From: Candidatus Poribacteria bacterium
GTDB lineage: Bacteria; Poribacteria; WGA-4E; PCPOR2b
Reading direction: 5' to 3'
DNA: 64,000 nucleotides
Assembly (NCBI GenBank): GCA_965198175.1
Contig: OZ240245.1
Location: 2,112,001 to 2,176,000 of the forward strand
The stretch's first letter is position 1, and each line of letters starts with the position of its first letter. Below, in pieces: positions 23,027 to 32,932 of this stretch. The notes below the pieces were generated by a model. The model was not told the origin of the DNA and ran no database searches. It saw only the letters and a list, made by a program, of their open reading frames with translations. Position numbers and translations under genes: made by a program.

Positions 23027-23120
23027 TTAGATCGCACGAAATGCGTGAATTAATAATCTTGCTATTTTAACTTCGCAGGGGAAGACTGTGTTGATGTTTC
23101 GAGTCCTCGTTACCGATCTC

Positions 23121-24110
23121 TTATTCGACTGACGCGGAACGGCGCAAAATCCAACCCCACTCACCGAAAACCCAGCAGCGATCTTTATCCACCGCGTAAA
23201 GGGCGCGAAGAGGAGAGGACACACCGGATTTTTCGGGTGTCCATGTTCCCCCGCCATCGGTTGTGTAAAGGATAGCACCAAAATCGCCTACAGCCCATCC
23301 TGTGTGGTAATCAATGAAGACGATATCGTTCAGGTTGTCGTAGGAATCTGTTTCTTGCTGACTCCAAGTCGCTCCGCCGTCCTGAGTGTGGAGAATCAAA
23401 CCTTCCTGCCCAGCGATCCACCCTATATTTTCATTGATGAAATGCACAGCCATTAGGTTATTACCCACGTTGGACGCTTGATCTTCCCACGTTGTACCGC
23501 CATCTGCCGTACGCTTAATTGTTCCAAAGGAACCAACAATCCATCCGTGTGTTGGCGATACAAAGTGGATGCCTTCAAGATGATTGCGTGTTTCACCTAA
23601 TCGCACGCGATCGCCTTCACCGATCCAGTTTTCACCGCCATCGGTCGTCTTGAGTAACGTATTGTCGGTTCCAACTACAAACCCAAGCTGTTCGTTAATC
23701 AGCCACATATCTATCAGACGAGTCCGGTTGCTCCCTTGTATGTTTTTCCGTTCCCATGTCTTACCGCTGTCCTTTGTCATTAAAATTGTGCCGCGTGCGC
23801 CTATGACGAAACCGACATCTTCATTAAGGAAGTAGACACTCCAGAAATTAATCGGAGCCTCCATCTCAATGACCTGTTTTTTCCATGTTTGTCCACCGTC
23901 TGCGGTGTGCAAGATTAACCCATTAAACCCCACCGCCCAGCCGTGCTCGGCATCGGCAAAGTGCACAGCCTGGAGATCGCCTTCAACTCCATCGTTGCGA
24001 GCAAAATCATCATCTCGAACAATGGTCCACCTACCCCATGCGTTCAAGTTCGCTAGCCAACCCGTAACTGATAAGATGAAAATAATGAAGAAGATTCTTT
24101 TTGAATGCAT
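23121..24110 (-). CDS. Secreted YCF48/BNR-repeat beta-propeller protein
   Basis: Signal peptide MHSKRIFFIIFIL...; repeated GW.VG..G.IL.T.DGG.TW units. Alternative start at 24224. Confidence 0.88.
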   Translation of the reverse strand: MHSKRIFFIIFILSVTGWLANLNAWGRWTIVRDDDFARNDGVEGDLQAVHFADAEHGWAVGFNGLILHTADGGQTWKKQVIEMEAPINFWSVYFLNEDVGFVIGARGTILMTKDSGKTWERKNIQGSNRTRLIDMWLINEQLGFVVGTDNTLLKTTDGGENWIGEGDRVRLGETRNHLEGIHFVSPTHGWIVGSFGTIKRTADGGTTWEDQASNVGNNLMAVHFINENIGWIAGQEGLILHTQDGGATWSQQETDSYDNLNDIVFIDYHTGWAVGDFGAILYTTDGGGTWTPEKSGVSSPLRALYAVDKDRCWVFGEWGWILRRSASVE

Positions 24111-24519
24111 CGTAATTCCGCCCTTTCTAGATACTTTTCCCGATCTCTTTCCTGCAGGGATTAGGGAACCGGGGGTTAGGTCCGTGGTACCGATATTGTT
24201 GTCGTAATTTGCTTTTCCGTGCATGAATTTCCTCCTACGAGGGTCGCTTGTTGCAATCCTACGCACGGATTCCTTCTATTCTGCTTTCATCGTCAAACGC
24301 TCGTCCGCGCACTTCCAGCCTGCACGCCTACGATCTTTTCCACTCCGGTTGCTGCTATCAATTTCGCAAGGGATTATACCATTAGCACATGAAAAAATCA
24401 AGGCTTCTTCAGAAAACTTGACACCAGTGTATTGTTGCGAAACCTAAAAATATCCGCAATTAGTAAATCGGGGTTTCATTCCTCTGATGGAATCGTGTAT
24501 AGTTGTCTAGATTTTGGTA

Positions 24520-24548
24520 TTGACAACTTAACTTACTCTGGTTAATAT
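24520..24548 (+). promoter_or_regulatory. sigma70-type promoter
   Basis: TTGACA-N17-TAATAT. Confidence 0.6.
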
Positions 24549-24706
24549 GTGGCACAGGAGATATGGCATTACAATCAAATAAATTGCTGCGCAGATTCTC
24601 TCAATACGAAATACGCTCACCGCGTGACCTCAAAGTTTGTGGAGTGCAAAACGCCGCCCGCTGTAGCGTACGGACGTATAAAGTGTTAAGGCGAAGAGGA
24701 TTGACC

Positions 24707-25519
24707 GTGAAGTTATCAGATGATCATCTGAGGATTTTCGAGGAGCAAGGATTTGTCGTCGTCGAGAATTTCTATCCGGAAGAGAAAAGAGCTCGCATTA
24801 TCGCTACTCTCCACAAGACCCTTCCACCTTGGGAGGTTGTTAAAGACCAGCCGCCGGAAACTGGTATGTTGACCGACGACTTTCCGTATTCCGAGATGCT
24901 GTTCAACGAGCTCACTGTTGATCCGGACCTCATCGACTTTGTTCAGCGGGCTCTTGAGACTGAAGACATCCACTTTCGGTATGCTCACAATTGGGTGAAG
25001 TATCCCGGTTGCTCAGCTTTCCCGGAATTGCACATTGATAACGGCAACAACTCGCTGCTTCCTCCCTGCGACGACAAGAGGTACGCGCAGATTAGCTGTT
25101 GGTACTTTCCCGAAGAGGTACGGGCGGACCATGCGCCGATGCAGGTTATTCCTAAGCCATTCGGTAAGGATCTGACCAAGAATGTTTCCCTTGAGCTGCC
25201 GGCTGGAACCCAGATGATCTTCAACACTTATTTATGGCATTCGGCGACAGCCTTTGAGGGCAAGGACATGCAGCGTTATTCCGTCACACGAATCTATGGG
25301 CGTGCTAATCACTATTGGGAGGGTGTGAGCAGTTTCACGAACTTGGGGCGAAACGAGCATTTCAGGCAATTCATCGGCACGCTTACGGCGAGGGAGCGAG
25401 AATATTTCAGATTCCCTCCTGCCAGGCACCCCTATTACACCGGCAAGACACTGGAGCTGCTGGAAGAGCAGTATCCAGGCTGGAACACAGGGGGCGAATA
25501 TACTCCAATGGAAAGTTAA
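24707..25519 (+). CDS. Phytanoyl-CoA dioxygenase (PhyH) family protein
   Basis: FEEQGFVVV, HxD (LHID), distal WHSA and R; GTG start after GAGGA (frame is also open from 24563). Confidence 0.85.
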   Translation: MKLSDDHLRIFEEQGFVVVENFYPEEKRARIIATLHKTLPPWEVVKDQPPETGMLTDDFPYSEMLFNELTVDPDLIDFVQRALETEDIHFRYAHNWVKYPGCSAFPELHIDNGNNSLLPPCDDKRYAQISCWYFPEEVRADHAPMQVIPKPFGKDLTKNVSLELPAGTQMIFNTYLWHSATAFEGKDMQRYSVTRIYGRANHYWEGVSSFTNLGRNEHFRQFIGTLTAREREYFRFPPARHPYYTGKTLELLEEQYPGWNTGGEYTPMES

Positions 25520-25592
25520 TCCAAGCAGCTTTACGTGTAAGCGACACCAGGATCGAACTTGTGACTCAAGTCGAAAAAGAAGGGAAAACATA

Positions 25593-26365
25593 ATGGCGAG
25601 CCAGAACCTTCAAGATCAGATTGTTGGAAATGACCGCGCTTCGATGGTTTTGATTCCCGCTGGTGAATTCCTCATGGGCGCTACTGATGGCGATGATATG
25701 GTTTACACAAGAGAGTTTCAAAAAGAAAAACCGCAGCATGTCGTCTATTTAGATGCTTTCTACATCAATATTTTCCAAGCCACAAATGCCCAATATAAGA
25801 AATTCATGGAGGCTACGGGACACCGAGCGCCAGGGCAATGGAACAAGCCCGAGTTCAACGCACCGAATCATCCTGTTGTCGGCGTGAGTTGGTACGACGC
25901 GGTCGCGTATGCCGAGTGGGCGGGAAAACAACTTCCAACCGAAGCGGAATGGGAAAAGCTGCACGCGGTGGGCTTGTGAACGCGCGATACCCCTGGGGTG
26001 ATAAACCACCAGATGGGATACGGTGCAACTTCAAAGATCGCGACACCGACACGGACATTCTGTACGACGAGACAATTAACGACGGCTACAGGTATGCGGC
26101 TCCTGTTGGGAGTTATCCGCCCAACGGCTATGGGCTCTATGACATGGCGGGTAACGTCTTCGAATGGTGTGCCGATGATCGCATTGACTACGCCCTATCC
26201 CCAAAGCAAAACCCGATTGGTGCGACTGATGGCCCAGGTCGTTCGGTTCGTGGCGGTGATTTTTTGGGACCGATTTTTCACGTGCGCTGTTCTCGCCGCG
26301 GTGCCTGTCCAGCCCGCATCGCCCCAGGCATTACCGGTTTTCGTTGTGTCGTATCGGTTGAATGA
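25593..26365 (+). pseudogene. FGE-sulfatase (SUMF1) domain protein, frameshifted
   Basis: IPAGEFLMG, HPVVGVSWYDA and LPTEAEWEK in one frame; AARGG...YPWG, NGYGLYDMAGNVFEW and GFRC in another. One A is missing at 25954-25957. Confidence 0.85.
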
Positions 26366-26736
26366 AAGACCGCTTCAAATAGGCGCGAAAAGTGACAGAA
26401 ACAACTCCCCATCAGAGGAAAAAGCGCTTAGCGAAGCGGTGAAAGCCGGTAATGCTGGAAAGGTCAAAAACCAGACCGCCGTCAACTGCTCGTTGGTCTC
26501 GAAACTTAGCGAACCATAGTCAGTCACGAAAGTTTCTACAACATACCGGCGGTCGTCTGCGCGGTAATGAAATACAATCTCGAGCTCATTTCATTCTGCT
26601 TCGAGATTGAAGCTTGGTGAATATCGGCTAGAATCCGGTGATTTTACTTCTTTAACCCAAATTCCCGGTTTCAATAGCTTAGTGGTACTTCATGATACAG
26701 AAAGCGGACTAGGTACAGCTATTGATAGGGTTGAAA

Positions 26737-27582
26737 ATGAGTTATTCCAATAAGAAGTTGGACACCTTCCACGAATCGAGTAGCTGGGACACTTACTGGA
26801 AATGGTATAATCGACTGAATCCGGATGCCAATCCGTGGGAACCTGGCAGGCGTAATCTCTACCGGGGAATCCTCAAGTTGTTCGGCAAGCGTGATGACTG
26901 GGCGTTTTTGGATGCTTCATGTGGCGTTGGTGAGTCTACAGTGTTGCTGGCTTCAGCGGGTATCGACGTAGACGCCTGTGATACCTCCAGTGTGGCGATT
27001 GAGCAGGCGAAACAAAGACTAACTTGTGCCGGATTTGCCGGTAAAGTTTTCGAAGCCAAATGGGAAACGCTGTCAGAGGTAGCGCCGAGGAGATACGATG
27101 TGATTTTAAACGATGCGCTATCGTGGATTGATGGGGTTGAAGCGTTCCAAAAATCACTCGTGGGTTTTCGGCGAATTCTGAAGCCCGGAGGAGTACTTGT
27201 CTTTATCGGTGCAACCAATCGGCATCCGGAACCCGGAACTGGAAAACAGCTCTTGCGCGAAGCTTGGGAGCGGTTTGAGCCGGAACGTTTTAAGCTCGTT
27301 GAATCTCGATTTGAATCAGGATTGTCGGTAAGCCACATAGTGACGCGAGAGTTAGGCTCGGATTTCATTGATGAGCATCATCTGTATCTGATTACGGAAA
27401 GGTGTGCTCCAAGGCTAGAGTTTACCACGATTCGCAAGCCATATACGTGGGACTGGTCAACGCTGGTAGAATCGTTCAAGGAAGCTGGATTTACGAAAAT
27501 CGACTGCGTCGTAGTCGAAATTGAGGGGCAGAATGTAATCCTCAACTTCGCTCGTACTTCAAATGAGTCGCTCAGAAATTGA
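26737..27582 (+). CDS. Class I SAM-dependent methyltransferase
   Basis: FLDASCGVG motif I, ACDTS, YDVI, LKPGG. Confidence 0.85.
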   Translation: MSYSNKKLDTFHESSSWDTYWKWYNRLNPDANPWEPGRRNLYRGILKLFGKRDDWAFLDASCGVGESTVLLASAGIDVDACDTSSVAIEQAKQRLTCAGFAGKVFEAKWETLSEVAPRRYDVILNDALSWIDGVEAFQKSLVGFRRILKPGGVLVFIGATNRHPEPGTGKQLLREAWERFEPERFKLVESRFESGLSVSHIVTRELGSDFIDEHHLYLITERCAPRLEFTTIRKPYTWDWSTLVESFKEAGFTKIDCVVVEIEGQNVILNFARTSNESLRN

Positions 27583-27724
27583 TTGGAAAACTGTTTGCAT
27601 CCTAACCAAAGAGAAATATTAGACATCTTTCCCAAATAAATGTTTCTATAAATTGAACTTTGAAGGTATAATTTCTTTCCTGTCATAACCGATTAATTCA
27701 ATCCCAGAATAGGAGGGAAATCTC

Positions 27725-27880
27725 ATGAGTGTTGCTCAGAAAATCTTTGAACTGTCCGACGAACGCTTTCTCCAAGACGTTAGCATCATCAAATTCGCAG
27801 TTTATCTGGCAGCTCAGCACGAGAAAAACGGAGACTTAAGTCAACCCTTAGCATCGCAGGCCGGCTATTGCTGTCTTTGA
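27725..27880 (+). other. Small 51-aa ORF, possible degenerate DUF2281-type antitoxin
   Basis: AGGAGG RBS followed by MSVAQKIFELSDERFLQDVSIIKFAVYLAAQHEK; resemblance judged by eye only. Confidence 0.3.
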
Positions 27881-28250
27881 CCTGCCTCGTTGAGGAGGGG
27901 GGTTGAAAAGGCTTTTGTCGTTATCTGATTGCGTGAAATCATGGGACATACAACAAGAAGGCTACCGATTTGCCGTGCTTGACGCTAGCTCAGACAACTA
28001 CCGACATCCGCTTTATACGGGCTTGCATGTTGCGGATGCAACGATGACGTTTGTAAAAAAAACGAGACCGGTAACCGAAAGGTGCAGGTTGTCAGAATGC
28101 TGAATAGTGGAATCTGTTAAGGAAATTGTGGAAATCCTCCGTGCAGCAAAATGCGAATCCTCCTAACAACGCAGCCTTGCGCAGCCGCTGGTTTTTCACT
28201 CATCACGCCAATGACCGCTCTCAGATTCCGGCTGAGGTCACAGTCTTCAT

Positions 28251-29465
28251 TCAGCGGTACAATTTCAATAGATGTCTGGCGCGAGAGAGATTTCCCGAGA
28301 ACAGCAAGCCTGAAGCTTTGTCTAAGTCTTTGATGACCAACGAGTTGTCTTGGTATTTATTCTTGAGGAGATAAAGTGCTACGGGAAGCCTCAAATCTGT
28401 CGCGACATATATGAAGGACTTGCCCAGTGCTGTTCTGCTGCGAGATTGAATCATTTCCAGATAGCGATACCCCATCCCTACTGTCGGCTCAATCATAGTT
28501 CCTTCGCCATAGTCATTCCAGGTCACCAGTTGGATAATTTCCGACGCACTGTTGAGTCCTATATCCATGGTGTTTGCAAAGGTCTGACCGTCTTGATCGT
28601 CAAGAAAGCCATAACTTCTGTGTAGCCCAGCATCTTGGTAGATATCGTGGAATTTCGGAAACGCTGCCCCGACGATAGCTCTTCCGTCTTGGCTACTATT
28701 ATAAAGCTGGTCTAGGTATTGATGCCATTGAGAAGGGCTTGTTACCCCGCCGTGCATCGGAGGCCACCCAAATGCACCATCGGCACCTTCTTGTATGCGA
28801 TTGAGCGTGTAGAAGAAAGGGCGTTTGGGTAAAAGGGAGAATAGTTGGTTCCATTGGTCAGCTTGAAAATACTGGGGACCAAATACGAACAATACTGGCC
28901 TAGCATCAACTTTGAGATACCCTTGTGCATTAAACCAGTTTTTCTGTAGAAAGCACATGACCTCCTGACCATGCTTAACCGCGTCTTCTTCAGGGAGGTG
29001 TCCCTCTTGAATCATCTTTCTTATCGTCCGGTCTTCATAACAGATAGCAAATTGCAATCTCGCTTTCTGGAGCTGTTTGATGATATACACCGTGTTACGG
29101 TGGATGGTGGCGTAATCGTAGAAGTTCTCAATGCCGTACCAGTCGATAATGACCCCATCAATACCGGCGAATTTCATCAGAAGAACCTGACATTCGAGGA
29201 CATCGGAATCACTTGAGTCGTATGTACCGATGAGTGGATAGTCGTGGGAGGCGATAGAACGCCTGCCATCTGCATCCACTTTATCCGGGTTGTAATGATT
29301 CATCGTCCAATGCCATCCCCAGTGTCCACTGATCGGTTTGGATGCGTACCAGGGCATATAATGTGCCATGAGTATCTTCTTTCCCGAGGCAGCGCTTGGG
29401 TCTGATGAATTTCCGAAGCGAAGCATTCCGATCATCACTACCGGGATTAGCAAAAGATATTTCAT
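28251..29465 (-). CDS. Glycoside hydrolase family 99/71-like protein, secreted
   Basis: AHYMPWY, PLIGTYDSSD, GIDGVIIDWYG, TWNDYGEGTMIEP. Confidence 0.85.
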   Translation of the reverse strand: MKYLLLIPVVMIGMLRFGNSSDPSAASGKKILMAHYMPWYASKPISGHWGWHWTMNHYNPDKVDADGRRSIASHDYPLIGTYDSSDSDVLECQVLLMKFAGIDGVIIDWYGIENFYDYATIHRNTVYIIKQLQKARLQFAICYEDRTIRKMIQEGHLPEEDAVKHGQEVMCFLQKNWFNAQGYLKVDARPVLFVFGPQYFQADQWNQLFSLLPKRPFFYTLNRIQEGADGAFGWPPMHGGVTSPSQWHQYLDQLYNSSQDGRAIVGAAFPKFHDIYQDAGLHRSYGFLDDQDGQTFANTMDIGLNSASEIIQLVTWNDYGEGTMIEPTVGMGYRYLEMIQSRSRTALGKSFIYVATDLRLPVALYLLKNKYQDNSLVIKDLDKASGLLFSGNLSRARHLLKLYR

Positions 29466-29801
29466 CTGATGTTTTTTCAATGATAGCAAAAACGTGGTAG
29501 ACAACGTAGGAGGTTATTCACAGTTGAGCGCTCGTTTCGACAGTGAAGGTGGGCTTATCTTTTACCCAATGGCAGAGGTATGACCAGTGCCACCTCAACC
29601 AAGCCTATGGTGACAAACAGGAAACTTGCTGTTACGGAAAACGCATGATTCCACTTTGAATGAAAGCGGAATAATGAGAAACTGAATTGGCGCGATGGGA
29701 GGACATTTTGCCGAGAATCCTTTTGAGTTAACGTCAAAATTTCAGCTAAGGCTTAGAGGTACTCGGTCACCCTCTGTTTGAATGATACGCAGTAATGCGA
29801 T

Positions 29802-30209
29802 TCAACCATCGGGAGGCGCAGAACCTTTCGACGACTTAACGATTTCACGCATCTGAATTCGGGGAACAATCGAAAAGTCGAACGTTTGTCTGCTGTCGCT
29901 TTGGACCATCTCCAACATGTTTTGGCAGCGGTGAATCTGTTCAAGGAGGGTTTTTAAATTTATCCCCAAATGGCATTCTCCAAAATTTTGAAGTTTGACA
30001 TAGCCTTTTCGCCATTGGCTGGCTGCACCGACATAGTTGCGATTGAACAGGTGGAAAAATCCAACGCTTAGTTGCAGCAGACCTTGATAAAAGAGTCGAT
30101 CCGGTCCAACTTCTATCATCCACACATCTTCCAAAGTCTCGTGGCACTCGAAGTATTCCCCATTATTAAATTCTTGAACGCTCTTCTTGAGAGCTGCATG
30201 TTTGTCCAT
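29802..30209 (-). CDS. DUF309 domain protein
   Basis: FNNGEYFECHETLEDVW, YQGLLQLSVGFFH; start could also be 30233. Confidence 0.9.
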   Translation of the reverse strand: MDKHAALKKSVQEFNNGEYFECHETLEDVWMIEVGPDRLFYQGLLQLSVGFFHLFNRNYVGAASQWRKGYVKLQNFGECHLGINLKTLLEQIHRCQNMLEMVQSDSRQTFDFSIVPRIQMREIVKSSKGSAPPDG

Positions 30210-30289
30210 GCGGCTTTCGATCCAAATGTACAAAAGGGATACAAAAGAAAGATTGCTGTGTTCTCAAGAGCTACCCCTCGAAGGAACTG

Positions 30290-31582
30290 TTACATAATCT
30301 CATCATCTGACTGAATCTCCTCCTTATAGAAGACCTCTTCTAGCCGCGTCGTCATTGTGAATGCGAGCAAACTCAACCCCAAGGAGATTGAGAAAACTCC
30401 CTGATAGCCAATCCACGAAACGACGATACCACCGAGCACTGTCACGAAACTGAAGGGGAAAAGGAGTGTATTCATAAACCCGAGATAGCTTGGACGGGTT
30501 AGCGGCGGTGCGACGTTGAGCATGTATGTCATAAAACCAACCATCATTCCATTGACTGATACACCATTGATTGCAAAGATTAAGAAATAGCTCGGTATTT
30601 GCCAGGGGTGCGGCAAGAGCGGGATAGAAATTGCAACGAGGGGTGGCACGCAACCGAACGCCGACATGCCGATCAAAATCCATCGGACGCCATATTTCTC
30701 ACCGACATGCCCCCACAAAGCGGTTGAAATCACCCCACTTAGGGCAACAACGGCAAGAAATGAGCCAATCGTTGAATCTGGAACACCTAGATTCAACAAC
30801 GCATAAGGGACATAGAAAGGCATGCACATTCCTGCAGAATGGGCGAATATCCGGAAGATTATGAACCGTCGATAGTGGATATCCGTCCGAAGAAAGTGAG
30901 GTCCCTGTCTGAGGTGCTGACGAAGCAATTTCCGCTTGGTTTTGATGAGTTGAATGGGTTCACGAATCAGGAGAAAGACCAGAAATGCAGCCAAGGTTGC
31001 TACAACTGCAAATGCGAATAGGAGGGCGTAATTATAAGGGAATGTCACTCCCGACGCATCGCTCAGCACGAATTTAATCAAGAATTCACCAATGAAGAAT
31101 GCCAAAACCCCACCAATGAATTGGCGTGTGCTGAAAAATCGAGCGCGCCGCAGTGGCTGAATGGATTTAGATACAATTTCCATATACGGAATACTGGATA
31201 TGCCCAGTGACGAGGCGGCAATAAAATAAAAGCAGAAGAAGCTTGCAACAAGCACACTTTTCCTGTGCGGTTCAATCAGAAACGTGCAGGCGACAATCGT
31301 AACCCACGCTACCACGCGAATGCTCATTCCCAGTTTGTAAAAGGGCATTTTACGTGGACGATGTTCAAGTATGTTCGACATCAGCAATTGAGGCCACATC
31401 CAGCCAGCCGGCATGATAGATCCAGCAAGACCGACAAAAAAGTGCGATCCAGTGAGCCGCAACACAAAAGCAGAAAGAATTGTTCCCGACTCAATAAAAG
31501 CCAAGGAGATTCGCATGAAAACCCCTTGAAGCACAGCGAGCCAAAAGTTGCGCCTCTGTTCCTGTTCGTTGTTTTTTTTCAT
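30290..31582 (-). CDS. MFS transporter
   Basis: About 12 hydrophobic segments over 430 aa; WGHVGEKYG motif-A-like loop. Confidence 0.85.
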   Translation of the reverse strand: MKKNNEQEQRRNFWLAVLQGVFMRISLAFIESGTILSAFVLRLTGSHFFVGLAGSIMPAGWMWPQLLMSNILEHRPRKMPFYKLGMSIRVVAWVTIVACTFLIEPHRKSVLVASFFCFYFIAASSLGISSIPYMEIVSKSIQPLRRARFFSTRQFIGGVLAFFIGEFLIKFVLSDASGVTFPYNYALLFAFAVVATLAAFLVFLLIREPIQLIKTKRKLLRQHLRQGPHFLRTDIHYRRFIIFRIFAHSAGMCMPFYVPYALLNLGVPDSTIGSFLAVVALSGVISTALWGHVGEKYGVRWILIGMSAFGCVPPLVAISIPLLPHPWQIPSYFLIFAINGVSVNGMMVGFMTYMLNVAPPLTRPSYLGFMNTLLFPFSFVTVLGGIVVSWIGYQGVFSISLGLSLLAFTMTTRLEEVFYKEEIQSDDEIM

Positions 31583-31644
31583 CGGTAGTTTCGTGTTCTG
31601 GGTTTCCCCTTTCTCTTAAGTTGGACTAAACAGGTGATTCCTTG

Positions 31645-31683
31645 AAAAAAAAGACCCAAGGCAACCTATCATGGGCCTTGGGT
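31645..31683 (-). terminator. Intrinsic terminator of the sulfur operon
   Basis: On the minus strand: ACCCAAGGC...GCCTTGGGT stem, then C and T8. Confidence 0.8.
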
Positions 31684-31781
31684 ATTGGGGCTTGCAAGGG
31701 TAATCTGCTAGCGCGTAACCGAACGAGACGGTCATGGCGCAAATGCGCTGGCGATAAGGTTCCGTCAGCCACTACGCATGT

Positions 31782-32057
31782 CTACCCTCCTGCAATCGCG
31801 GGGATGACCGATATTTCGTCACCATCTGTGACAGCGGTCGCCGTTCCGTCCAAGAAGCGAATATCTTCGTCATTGAGATAGATATTAACGAAGCGGCGAA
31901 TATTTCCAGATTCATCACAGATGCGTTCTTTAATCCCCGGATGGTTTGCTTCGAGGTTCTCGATGATACTCTCAATATCTGACCCGACTACTTCGACTTC
32001 GGGTTGATCGCTCGTCAGTTTTCGCAGTGGAGTTGGAATACGTACTGTAACAGCCAT
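31782..32057 (-). CDS. MoaD/ThiS/CysO family ubiquitin-like sulfur carrier
   Basis: VRIPTPLR, RFVNIYLNDEDIRF, C-terminal AIAGG. Confidence 0.92.
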   Translation of the reverse strand: MAVTVRIPTPLRKLTSDQPEVEVVGSDIESIIENLEANHPGIKERICDESGNIRRFVNIYLNDEDIRFLDGTATAVTDGDEISVIPAIAGG

Positions 32058-32096
32058 TGGATAAGTTCCTTTCTTGCAGGTTAAATTTGCCTATGG

Positions 32097-32855
32097 TTAT
32101 ATTGCGTAATGCAGACCGCACTCTTTCTTGTTATCGGAAGATGTTGCATTTTGCCAGCGCCATCGTCCAGCTCTTTTGGGTTCGCCGGACTTAATCGGTG
32201 TCGTGCAGATGATGCATCCGAGTGATTCATAATAATGCCCATTTTTCTGAGGCTTGAGAAGCGGATTCACCGGAATGTCATTTTTATAGATGAACTCCCA
32301 AACCTGATCGGTCGTCCAATCCGCTAAAGGGTTTACCTTTAGAACAGAACGTCCGTTATGTTCATGGATTTCCACCTTAGGGACGTGTTGCCGACTATCT
32401 GATTGGTCTCGGCGAAGCCCGGAAAACCATACATCCAGGGTATTCAATAAACGTTGCATGGGCTCCACTTTTCTAATGTGACAGCAATATTCTTGCTTCT
32501 TTTTGCTATCAAAAAACAGGTATTCTCCGTGTTGAGCTACCATTGATTTGATCGCTTGTGAATGCGGCTGAATGCGTTCGATGCGAAGATCATAACACGC
32601 CTCTACTTTTTTGAAAAACTCATAGGCTTCTGGAAAAAGACGCAGAGTATCAATGGTGCAAACTCGAAATGGCAGTCTATTTTCGTAAGCCATGTGCACC
32701 AAAACCATTCCAGATAACTGCCCGCTAGTAACGATTGCCGCTCGTTTCTTGAATCGCTTAAACAGATGGAAAAGCATCTCCCGTGGATTTTGGAGTGAAC
32801 TAACTTGATAACAGAGTTCTTTGTTTATCAGATTTTGGTTTGCCAACTCAGTCAA
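32097..32855 (-). CDS. cysH: APS/PAPS reductase (Fe-S, APS-type)
   Basis: IDTLRLFPE, CCHIRKV, GLRRDQS, CIICT, RAGRW, KECGLH. Confidence 0.92.
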   Translation of the reverse strand: MTELANQNLINKELCYQVSSLQNPREMLFHLFKRFKKRAAIVTSGQLSGMVLVHMAYENRLPFRVCTIDTLRLFPEAYEFFKKVEACYDLRIERIQPHSQAIKSMVAQHGEYLFFDSKKKQEYCCHIRKVEPMQRLLNTLDVWFSGLRRDQSDSRQHVPKVEIHEHNGRSVLKVNPLADWTTDQVWEFIYKNDIPVNPLLKPQKNGHYYESLGCIICTTPIKSGEPKRAGRWRWQNATSSDNKKECGLHYAI

Positions 32856-32932
32856 TGAATAACCCTACCTTCTTCTTTATTCTGTGGAACAAGTTGTTAG
32901 CTTGTTTATAAAACGAGCGGTGCTTCAATGCT

